The notes below the pieces were generated by a model. The model ran no database searches, was not told the DNA's origin, and saw nothing but the letters and a program-made list of their open reading frames with translations. DNA of 27,200 nucleotides, from the NCBI GenBank assembly GCA_037386505.1, contig JARRMA010000016.1:1-27200 (forward strand). The letters run 5' to 3'. Shown here piece by piece: positions 18,529 through 27,200 of the stretch. Made by a program: the position numbers and the translations under genes. This stretch comes from Candidatus Bathyarchaeota archaeon. GTDB taxonomy: Archaea; Thermoproteota; Bathyarchaeia; Bathyarchaeales; Bathyarchaeaceae. Position 1 is the stretch's first letter. Each line of letters starts with the position of its first letter.

Positions 18529-18704
18529 CTACAATTAAATAATAAGAGGATTATTTTAAAGATCCCATATCTATCAAACAATTCTTGCAAAATTTTACAA
18601 TAAGACTGCATAGTCATACACTAAGATTAGTAGATACAATTCCAGTTTTCTTAGAATTTCGACGATCAGTATTTAATTTAGAAGATATATTTTGTAAAAA
18701 AATA

Positions 18705-20474
18705 TTACAAGTATGCTTCAGTTGCATATCTTCGCATCATTCTGTGGCTGTTAAAGTAATATGCGATCTTTCCAATTGAATTTTCCATTAATCTTATCCA
18801 ATTGTCTCTATTCTTGTAGAATGTTGGTATTATCAAATATTCTAATTTATCATATAATTGTGTAATCTCACGACGCCTCCTATCAGCTTCTTCCATTTTT
18901 TCTTTTGGTGAGGGACCAATAGCCCAACCAGTGACACCTTCGATACAACCTTCTACCCACCAACCATCTAGTACACTAAAGTTTATTACACCATTATGTG
19001 CTGCTTTCATTCCGCTTGTACCCGAAGCTTCAAATGGTGGAATAGGAGTGTTCAGCCATACATCCACCCCTGATGTAAGTTTAGCAGCCATTTCAAGATC
19101 ATAATTCTGGAGATAAATTATTTTAATAGTGTTTTTCAGATGTTCTTTCATTTCATGTATTTCTTCAATCAATCTTTTACCCATCCAGTCTCTAGGATGA
19201 GCTTTACCAGCATAAACAACCTGAATCTTACCGACTTTATTAATCTCGTCTAGTCGAGTTAGATTAGAAAATAATAAAGTTGCCCTCTTGTAACCAGTAA
19301 ATCTTCGTGCAAAACCTAATGTTAGTATATTAGGGTCGAATTGTACACCCGAGCGCTCTCGTATATAACGTATTAGTTTTGCTTTTGCATCTGAATGAGC
19401 TCTCCAAATCTCTTCATCAGGTATGCTGTTTACTCTAACTAATAATTCTGGTTCGTTGGCCCAACCGGGTAAATATTTATCATAAAGTCTTCTAAAACTT
19501 TCACAGGTCCAGGTGAAAGAATGAACACCATTAGTTATTGCTGAAATATTGTAACCTGGAAATAGTGTTAGTGAAAATTCTTTGTGTCTTTTCGCTACTC
19601 CATTGACATATTTACTTGTATTAAGAGCTAGCCGGGTCATATTCAGTTCTTCGTTCCCTGCAAGTTTCTTAATTTTGTCATAAGGGATTATTTCATTTAG
19701 AACCTTTTGGACAAGATCATAAGAAAATTTATCGTGACCAGCTTCTACAGGAGTATGTGTAGTAAAAATGCAAAGATCTCTTACTGCATCAAGATCCATT
19801 CCATTCTCAGCAAGTAATTCTAATGTAAGTAGGCTAGAATGACCTTCATTCATATGATATTTTCCTAGTTTAAAACCTGCAGCTTCAAGAATTTTCACAC
19901 CTCCAATTCCCAAAATTATTTCTTGTTTTAATCGGTATTCTCTATCTCCTCCATATAGAAAAGAGGTAATTTCTCTATCTTCTTGAGAATTTCCTTCAAT
20001 ATCGGTGTCAAGAAACAGAACTGAAACTAGACCACCTGAAGGACTCTGGTAATCATATAGCCAAGCTTTTACTTTTACTGGTCTATTCTCGATTTTTAAT
20101 TCAACTTGATTGGGTAATTCATTCATCATATCAGATGGAACCCAATCATCAGTTTGCTCGGTTTGTTTTCCATCTTTGAGTTGTTGTTTTAGATAACCTT
20201 TCTTACTAACAAGAGTAACTCCAACTAAAGGAATTTTCAAATCTGCACTGGATTTTATCACATCACCAGCTAAGACTCCTAAGCCTCCACTGTAGGTGTG
20301 AATAGAATTGTCTATTCCTATTTCCATTGAGAAATAACCTATTTTCTTTCCTTGTAGAAAAGATCGTTTACAATATTCTCCACAAAAATGGTATGTTCTT
20401 CCCCGGATTTCGGCCTTAAATTCGTCTTTCATTTCAGCTAACGGTAATCCACAAACGGGGTCTCTAATCATCAC
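18705..20474 (-). CDS. glgP: Alpha-glucan (glycogen) phosphorylase with N-terminal YHS/TRASH domain
   Basis: YSGGLGVLAGD, HMNEGH, FTTHTPV, FARRFTGYK and the PLP-lysine motif EASGTSGMKAA. N-terminal DPVC...YHFCGEYC. Confidence 0.93.
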   Translation of the reverse strand: MMIRDPVCGLPLAEMKDEFKAEIRGRTYHFCGEYCKRSFLQGKKIGYFSMEIGIDNSIHTYSGGLGVLAGDVIKSSADLKIPLVGVTLVSKKGYLKQQLKDGKQTEQTDDWVPSDMMNELPNQVELKIENRPVKVKAWLYDYQSPSGGLVSVLFLDTDIEGNSQEDREITSFLYGGDREYRLKQEIILGIGGVKILEAAGFKLGKYHMNEGHSSLLTLELLAENGMDLDAVRDLCIFTTHTPVEAGHDKFSYDLVQKVLNEIIPYDKIKKLAGNEELNMTRLALNTSKYVNGVAKRHKEFSLTLFPGYNISAITNGVHSFTWTCESFRRLYDKYLPGWANEPELLVRVNSIPDEEIWRAHSDAKAKLIRYIRERSGVQFDPNILTLGFARRFTGYKRATLLFSNLTRLDEINKVGKIQVVYAGKAHPRDWMGKRLIEEIHEMKEHLKNTIKIIYLQNYDLEMAAKLTSGVDVWLNTPIPPFEASGTSGMKAAHNGVINFSVLDGWWVEGCIEGVTGWAIGPSPKEKMEEADRRRREITQLYDKLEYLIIPTFYKNRDNWIRLMENSIGKIAYYFNSHRMMRRYATEAYL

Positions 20475-20508
20475 AAAGAACCTCTTTACTCATTGTCACC
20501 CTAAATTT

Positions 20509-22107
20509 CTAATTTTTTCTTCGTTTCGCTTTTCCAGAATCTTCGTGAGTAATTTTGTTTAATTTATTTATTCTCTTTTTGACTATTGAAATAACTTTTT
20601 TACGTAAAGCCTCGCCTTTTAACCTTCTCGTTGAAGTACTAACTTTTGCTAGTTGATCTGCTAATACATCATCACCAACAACTTGTCGTATCCAACGCTC
20701 AAAATCACCTTTTTCCATATGAAATCGAACAGAGCTCAAATCAACAGCCTCCAAGGTTGAAACAAATTCACTTAAACTATTGACCGTTAAACCTGATGAT
20801 CGAACAAAATCATATGAAAAAGTAAATCCCATACCAGCCGGAAGACGTCTAAGAAAACGTTTTGCAGCAAGCTCTGGTTTTTCTAATTCTGAATATATTC
20901 TTGCTTCAAGATCCGAAAGAATTCTCGAATAAACGGCAAAAGCCTCCACGGGGCTACCCATAGAACTAAAATAATTATGAACATCACCTGGCCCTCCACC
21001 CTTCATACTTAGGTAATAAAGGTGATCACTTTGTTGAAGGTAACGCCAAAGTTGTATAAGATCTTCATCTCCTATCCCTTTGACTAATGGTTCCAATTCT
21101 TTTAACGAATCATAACAGATATTTTGCATGGGATTACCAATCCATGCACTTGCATCTCTCTCTATGTCTGCCCATGAGACGGTGTTATACTCGTGAATGT
21201 CAATTTCACCAACAGGAGTATGTCTTTCTATTACTTCAGATGGAGTTCGCCAATTCAAGTGATGCCATTTATTGACTTCTTCGGGTAAAAATCTAAGAAA
21301 TTCATGGATTCCTCCTTCTGGCCAATGATGTTCTCCAAATGTTTCATAATCAACAAAAAGAACTATTACCTGTCCTTGTGTCCCTGCTAACCATTGAGCA
21401 TATTTTGTAGCATCTAAAGGATATTCATTCCAATCACTTGAAGAAAAACGAAAACCAATATCGTCTGAAAGGCGAAAATTTCGAAGTAAAACCCGAAGGT
21501 TAGAGTTTTTTGCTTTATAAACATAGTTCGGGCTTCGACCCAAAAGAGTTTTTTCGATTCCTTCGGTAACAGTTCCTTTATACCCTAGACTTTCCATTGA
21601 TTTTGCTATAGAATTATTATATAATAATTCAGTGTTTTCAATAAATTTTGGTTCATAATTAAACAGATCTTTCATAAGATCTCGATGCATTTTTATTTGT
21701 TCAAAGAATTCTGATCGATCTTCAGAGTAAAGACTGGCAAGAGAATGATAATAGGTCTCTTCCATAAATTCGACGCATCCAGTATCACTTAGAAGTTTGA
21801 AAGATTCGATAAGATCTGGATTCCAAAGTTCACATTGTTTAAGAAATACACCAGATATTCCATATGCTACTTTGAATGGTTTTCCTTGTTCCTTGCTTTT
21901 CTCAATTTCCTCTAGAATTATTTTATTGGCTGGAAAATAACACTTTCTGGCCGCGCGATCAAAAACATAATGATTAAGTTTATTATCAAAATAAAGATCA
22001 AAAAGATTTTTGTTTGTAACTTTGACTTTACATAGAAGTTCTGTGTGAAAATTTCGATTCAACCTGAAAGGTTGATGAACCTCAAACATTAAACAAACAT
22101 CTGTCAT
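20509..22107 (-). CDS. Glycoside hydrolase family 57 (alpha-amylase-like) with C-terminal DUF5752-like domain
   Basis: FEVHQP, ETYYHSL, NTELLY, DYETFGEH, SDHLYY. Confidence 0.9.
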   Translation of the reverse strand: MTDVCLMFEVHQPFRLNRNFHTELLCKVKVTNKNLFDLYFDNKLNHYVFDRAARKCYFPANKIILEEIEKSKEQGKPFKVAYGISGVFLKQCELWNPDLIESFKLLSDTGCVEFMEETYYHSLASLYSEDRSEFFEQIKMHRDLMKDLFNYEPKFIENTELLYNNSIAKSMESLGYKGTVTEGIEKTLLGRSPNYVYKAKNSNLRVLLRNFRLSDDIGFRFSSSDWNEYPLDATKYAQWLAGTQGQVIVLFVDYETFGEHHWPEGGIHEFLRFLPEEVNKWHHLNWRTPSEVIERHTPVGEIDIHEYNTVSWADIERDASAWIGNPMQNICYDSLKELEPLVKGIGDEDLIQLWRYLQQSDHLYYLSMKGGGPGDVHNYFSSMGSPVEAFAVYSRILSDLEARIYSELEKPELAAKRFLRRLPAGMGFTFSYDFVRSSGLTVNSLSEFVSTLEAVDLSSVRFHMEKGDFERWIRQVVGDDVLADQLAKVSTSTRRLKGEALRKKVISIVKKRINKLNKITHEDSGKAKRRKN

Positions 22108-22329
22108 TCTTAACCACTAAACTAACTGAATTATTATGAAAAGCAACTATTGTATTGTACCTTTTTAGAATTTCTTACTCACTAATAATTCTTTGAGATA
22201 AATATAAATAGAATATTTTTCTAAATGAAAAAATGAATAGGGAATTTTTATCTTATTCTTATTTCAACTTTTTGATTTTAATAAAAATATTTTATAAATC
22301 GATGGAAATTTCAAAATTAAAGTAATAGT

Positions 22330-24354
22330 TCAAGAATTTTTCAACACTTCTTGTTCAAACCGAGGTTTTCTTAGTTTAATATCCTCAAGATAAACTCGTA
22401 ATGGTTCAGCAACGCTCCATGCTTGAGATATACATCCTCTGCTTGAGTGAGGTTCATCACCATCAAATATTTCGGAAATTGTTCCCAATCCTGCTTTATA
22501 TAATTCTTCCGAAAAAAGAGGAAACAAAAATTTTTCAAAAGCAAATTTTCGCCAAGATTCTTCATGATTCTTCATTTTAAGAAAAGCTTCTACAAATGGA
22601 CCTAGGAGCCATGCCCAGACAGTACCGTTATGATATGCAGAATCGCGATGTTTCCAATCACCAAGATATCTGCCAACATATCTACTATCAGAATTTGGAA
22701 GAGTTTTTAGACCATATCTTCCCCATAAATTGTTTTTAACTGTTTCAACAATTTTTTCACTTTTTAAAGTGTCAATCATCGAAAAATCTAACGAAATAGC
22801 TAATATCTGATTTGGTCTAAGAGATGAATCAGATCCAGTCTCAGATATAGTATCATAAAGATACCCTATTTTGGAACTCCAAAAATTTGCGATGAAATTT
22901 TCTTTAACTTTTTGAGATAGGTTATAATATAATTCTTCATTCTCTTTTTTGTTGAACCGTTTTGCTAATAGTTGCATTGTAATCAAAGAATTGTACCATA
23001 ATGCTTGAATTTCTACAGCTTTTCCAGATCTAGGTGTAACAAATCCATCAATTGTCACTGCATCCATCCAAGTTAGCTGAGGACCATGAGTAATTAAACC
23101 ATCTTTGTCCATATGAATTCCAAATATAGTTCCATCGATATGATTATCTATGATATTGGTTAATGTAGTCCACAATTTCTTTTTGATAAAATCGAAATCG
23201 CCGGTATATTTTAAATATTGAAGAATTGCATTGAAAAACCATAATGTAGCGTCAACAGTATTATAAAGCGGAATATCTCCTCCTTTGTCTGAAAAACGGT
23301 TGGGTATTATACCTTTTTTGCAATAATGCCCAAAAGTCAAGAGTATTTCTTTGGCTTCCTCAAATTTACCGGTGACCAAAGTTAAACCAGGTAATGAAAT
23401 TAAGGCATCTCTACCCCAATCATCAAACCAACTATAACCGGCAATTACAGATTTTTTTCCTGTAGAAGCTCTATTGACGATAAATGAATCAGTAGCTTGG
23501 ATCATCCATTTTAGCCAATTATCTATCTTTAAGTTTATATTAGTTTCCTGAAATTTTTCAATCAAGATTGTTCTACGTTTTAATTCTTTTTGATAAAGTT
23601 GGTCAATGACTGCAATGTTTCTATCGAAAGATAAAAAGAAATTTTTAGCTTCTTGTTCATTTTTGCCAGCGGTGGCGATTATAAAGAATTTTTTCTTTTC
23701 TTTCGGATCTACGAAAAAATTAAAAAATCCAGGTCTAAAGTAATCGTCCGTACTACTTTCGCTTCTTGAAGCGTCAAGTCTAAAGAATACATTTTCAACC
23801 CACCATCGTTCGTCTGTGAAATTATCTCTTTTTCCAGAAGATAGAATTAAAGATGAAATTGAATCTGAAGGTTCAATGATTATCCCTTCCTTGAATCGTT
23901 TTTGAACAAAATTCCATGATAAATTAGCGTTTTCTGTCACATCATATATATGTCTTGAATTAATAAGGGGTGAAATTTTTATGCTAACCTTATTTTCCGA
24001 AAAATTCTCTGCTTCATAGATTACAACTACTGAATTTTTCTTATACGGCATGAAAATTGTTTTTGTTAAAACCAGATCATCTATCGAATATTTAAACATG
24101 GGAATTGGTGAAATAGAAAATTCTGTAAGGAATTTATAGCCTTCAGGAAATATTATATCACGAAATTCGTTTGCTCCTAGAAAAGCTGCGATAAGGAGAC
24201 CATGATATTTTCTAGTGTTTAAACCCAAAACCGTTGATGATGCATATCCACCTAATCCATTGGTTACAATCCATTCTTTGGTTAAGGCAGATTCGATATT
24301 AGATAAAGCTGATTTCTGAATAATTATTTGCGGTAAGTCCAAACTTAATTTCAT
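22330..24354 (-). CDS. Amylo-alpha-1,6-glucosidase (glycogen debranching enzyme, archaeal type)
   Basis: EWIVTNGLGGY, IAGYSWF.DWGRD, DATLWF, TWMDA, YHNGTVW, ISQAWSVAE. Confidence 0.92.
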   Translation of the reverse strand: MKLSLDLPQIIIQKSALSNIESALTKEWIVTNGLGGYASSTVLGLNTRKYHGLLIAAFLGANEFRDIIFPEGYKFLTEFSISPIPMFKYSIDDLVLTKTIFMPYKKNSVVVIYEAENFSENKVSIKISPLINSRHIYDVTENANLSWNFVQKRFKEGIIIEPSDSISSLILSSGKRDNFTDERWWVENVFFRLDASRSESSTDDYFRPGFFNFFVDPKEKKKFFIIATAGKNEQEAKNFFLSFDRNIAVIDQLYQKELKRRTILIEKFQETNINLKIDNWLKWMIQATDSFIVNRASTGKKSVIAGYSWFDDWGRDALISLPGLTLVTGKFEEAKEILLTFGHYCKKGIIPNRFSDKGGDIPLYNTVDATLWFFNAILQYLKYTGDFDFIKKKLWTTLTNIIDNHIDGTIFGIHMDKDGLITHGPQLTWMDAVTIDGFVTPRSGKAVEIQALWYNSLITMQLLAKRFNKKENEELYYNLSQKVKENFIANFWSSKIGYLYDTISETGSDSSLRPNQILAISLDFSMIDTLKSEKIVETVKNNLWGRYGLKTLPNSDSRYVGRYLGDWKHRDSAYHNGTVWAWLLGPFVEAFLKMKNHEESWRKFAFEKFLFPLFSEELYKAGLGTISEIFDGDEPHSSRGCISQAWSVAEPLRVYLEDIKLRKPRFEQEVLKNS

Positions 24355-24364
24355 CCTTATTGTT

Positions 24365-25246
24365 TTAATCTAAAAGCTTGGCTATGTTTTTTCCTGTACT
24401 AACGTTGAAATGATTTGCTACTGTACAACATTTAGTCCTTAATAGCAAAGCATGTGGAACAGAAAGGTCAAGGTCTGTTATTGTTTCAGCATGACCCATT
24501 CCTTTGGCTATAACAAAATCGACTGAATGATAAACATTAAGGAAATCTTCTGAGCAATCCTGTGGAAATAACCCAACAAAATCTGATCCAGTTGTAATTA
24601 ATTTATTAGCTACTTTGTCTATACCAACAAATTTGGCATCCTCAATAGTGGCATCATTTAGAATGGGACCATTCTTAACTGCAACTATTACTTTGGTACC
24701 AAGCTTTTTTAATTCTTCAACAACAAGCATATCAAATGCAATTTCGCCAGCATTATCTGTTAAATATAAAACTGTTTTTGCTTTTTTTGCTTCTTCATAG
24801 ATTAAATCTATATCATCGATTACTAAGTCTTTTTCAGCTTCTTGAATTAAATTCTTTAAGTCGTTAAATTCAAAAGGATTTTCTGGAAGATTAAATTCAA
24901 TTATGTTTCCCACAATTGCTGAAAGACAAGCTTTTCTAAATTTAGATAAAGATGAATATTCTTGTGAAATTAATTTTTTTATAATTGGTAGAAGCTCTAG
25001 GGCTTTCTGATTGCTTAATTTTTTCTTTTGCAAATAAGGATCAGGATTGCCAGTTATTTTTTTAATTATTTGATCACGTTTTGTGCCCAAATAAGCAGGA
25101 TTAGATGTTGGTTTAAATTCTACAGCTAAAAAACTAAGGATATAAGACAAAGTTTTGAATTGAATTGATTCATCCTTTGTTGCTTCTTGAATTTGTAAAT
25201 AACCTCGATTAAGAATACAAGCAATACATCTAAGTTCAACATTCAA
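24365..25246 (-). CDS. DUF89/ARMT1-like damage-control phosphatase
   Basis: N-terminal CxxC, GNIIEF, TDNAGEIAFD, KNGPILNDAT, AKGMGHAET. Confidence 0.88.
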   Translation of the reverse strand: MNVELRCIACILNRGYLQIQEATKDESIQFKTLSYILSFLAVEFKPTSNPAYLGTKRDQIIKKITGNPDPYLQKKKLSNQKALELLPIIKKLISQEYSSLSKFRKACLSAIVGNIIEFNLPENPFEFNDLKNLIQEAEKDLVIDDIDLIYEEAKKAKTVLYLTDNAGEIAFDMLVVEELKKLGTKVIVAVKNGPILNDATIEDAKFVGIDKVANKLITTGSDFVGLFPQDCSEDFLNVYHSVDFVIAKGMGHAETITDLDLSVPHALLLRTKCCTVANHFNVSTGKNIAKLLD

Positions 25247-25312
25247 TATTCAAACACTCTTAATATCCAAAAATGGATAATATTCAGAAATTAGATTTAT
25301 TTATGGTGACTT

Positions 25313-26044
<732 letters not shown>

Positions 26045-26124
26045 TTAGCTTCCGAAAAAACGAATATTGCATCTTTAAATTTAATCAAACCTTTGCAATA
26101 AAATTTGAAAAAGTTAAAGAAATA

Positions 26125-27198
26125 CTATTCTACATAGGGCGCTCTATTTGTGACTCTAACTGTTACTAATTCTGTTAAACCTGATCTCCATACAGTTAAC
26201 GAGATTAGTTCATTGGGGGATATTTCAACTTCCATATAAGCTGTTAAATCTTCTTTAATATAAGTTGGATTTCCATCGATAGCCAATATTATATCTAAAG
26301 CGGTATATCCTTGATTCTCAATTATTGCGCCTTCTAATCCTGCTTCAGATGCCGGTGAATCTGGAACCACTTCTAAAATCAAAAGTCCAGTCTGATATGG
26401 ATCAACATTAATAATATTCAATGAAGACACAACCTCTGGAGTTAATGCAAGAGGGGAAATTCCAATAAATGGATGGTCATATGTTCCATTTTGAATAAGA
26501 GCAGGAATAACTCGATTTAAAATATTCACAGGAACCGCAAAGTTGAAACCCACTTCTGTCCCTGCATTTGTTATTCCTACTACATTCCCTGAAAGATCCA
26601 ATAATGGTCCACCTGAACTACCTGGAGCAATAGTCAAATCCAATTGTAATATGGGAACAATTATTGGTTCAATGTCAAGTGTTCTATTAACTTGACTAAT
26701 ATAACCAACTGATAGACTTTCTGTAAGTCCTAACGGGTTTCCTATAGCTACTACTTGTTGTCCAATATTCGGTTGATTCCCAAAATATAGCGAAGTGGCC
26801 ATAACGGGAATGGTTGGTACTGATAGGATTGCAACATCCGAATATGCATCAGAACCTATTATGGATGCCTGAGTTCTTGTTTTGTCAAAGAATTCAATTT
26901 CGATGTTAGTCTCATCCTCAACTACATGATAGTTAGTCGCTATTAAGTTGGAATTGTTAAATAGAAATCCTGAACCTTGCCCTATTGAGGTTCTAATTAC
27001 AACAACTGAGCGGTAAGCAATTTCATATACTTCTTCAGGTGTAAAGTTGTTCAGTTGATTAATAATATCTTCAATATTTGATAATTGAGATAAGATGTTA
27101 TCTAAATTTTCAATTGAGTTTTTAATTTCAATTAATTGTTGAGATGTACTTTGATTTAATGAATTGAATTGATTAGAAAGATTGGTTAGATCTGATGT
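26125..27198 (-). CDS. HtrA/DegP-like trypsin serine protease with PDZ domain; 5'-partial (continues past the window end)
   Basis: The frame is open from 27198 through the ORF-track start at 26802. Catalytic triad TNYHVV, SDVAIL and PGSSGGPL. C-terminal PDZ-like region (EVVPDSPASEAGL) and an N/Q/S-rich heptad-like N-terminal segment. Confidence 0.9.
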   Translation of the reverse strand, partial: TSDLTNLSNQFNSLNQSTSQQLIEIKNSIENLDNILSQLSNIEDIINQLNNFTPEEVYEIAYRSVVVIRTSIGQGSGFLFNNSNLIATNYHVVEDETNIEIEFFDKTRTQASIIGSDAYSDVAILSVPTIPVMATSLYFGNQPNIGQQVVAIGNPLGLTESLSVGYISQVNRTLDIEPIIVPILQLDLTIAPGSSGGPLLDLSGNVVGITNAGTEVGFNFAVPVNILNRVIPALIQNGTYDHPFIGISPLALTPEVVSSLNIINVDPYQTGLLILEVVPDSPASEAGLEGAIIENQGYTALDIILAIDGNPTYIKEDLTAYMEVEISPNELISLTVWRSGLTELVTVRVTNRAPYVE

Positions 27199-27200
27199 AG

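Overview
AT-rich archaeal core-genome window. A TACK/Bathyarchaeia-like lineage is inferred from gene content and order, not proven. Gene order: HerA/FtsK-like ATPase, small ORF, ABC-2 exporter, EF-1beta, CDC48, small ORF, FEN1, pcm, MBL hydrolase, Ogg1, RtcB, HemK-like MTase, pyrK, pyrD, Nop5, fibrillarin, HDAC-family protein, wHTH protein, NifU-like and cupin proteins, a glycogen cluster (glgP, GH57, debranching enzyme), DUF89/ARMT1, TPI and an HtrA-like protease. The standout signal is a 32-nt insertion in pcm (8178-8209, minus strand). It folds into a bulge-helix-bulge (BHB) motif, and excision at the canonical endonuclease cut positions restores the frame and the conserved SAPHM motif. 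It is therefore a likely tRNA-type intron in an archaeal protein-coding mRNA, about 1.8 kb from the splicing ligase gene rtcB. The window also shows four apparent sequence-loss junctions (about 3831, 12452, 15530 and 24183) and one homopolymer frameshift (about 9080), which are probably assembly artefacts. No tRNA, rRNA, CRISPR array or transposase was recognised by eye.
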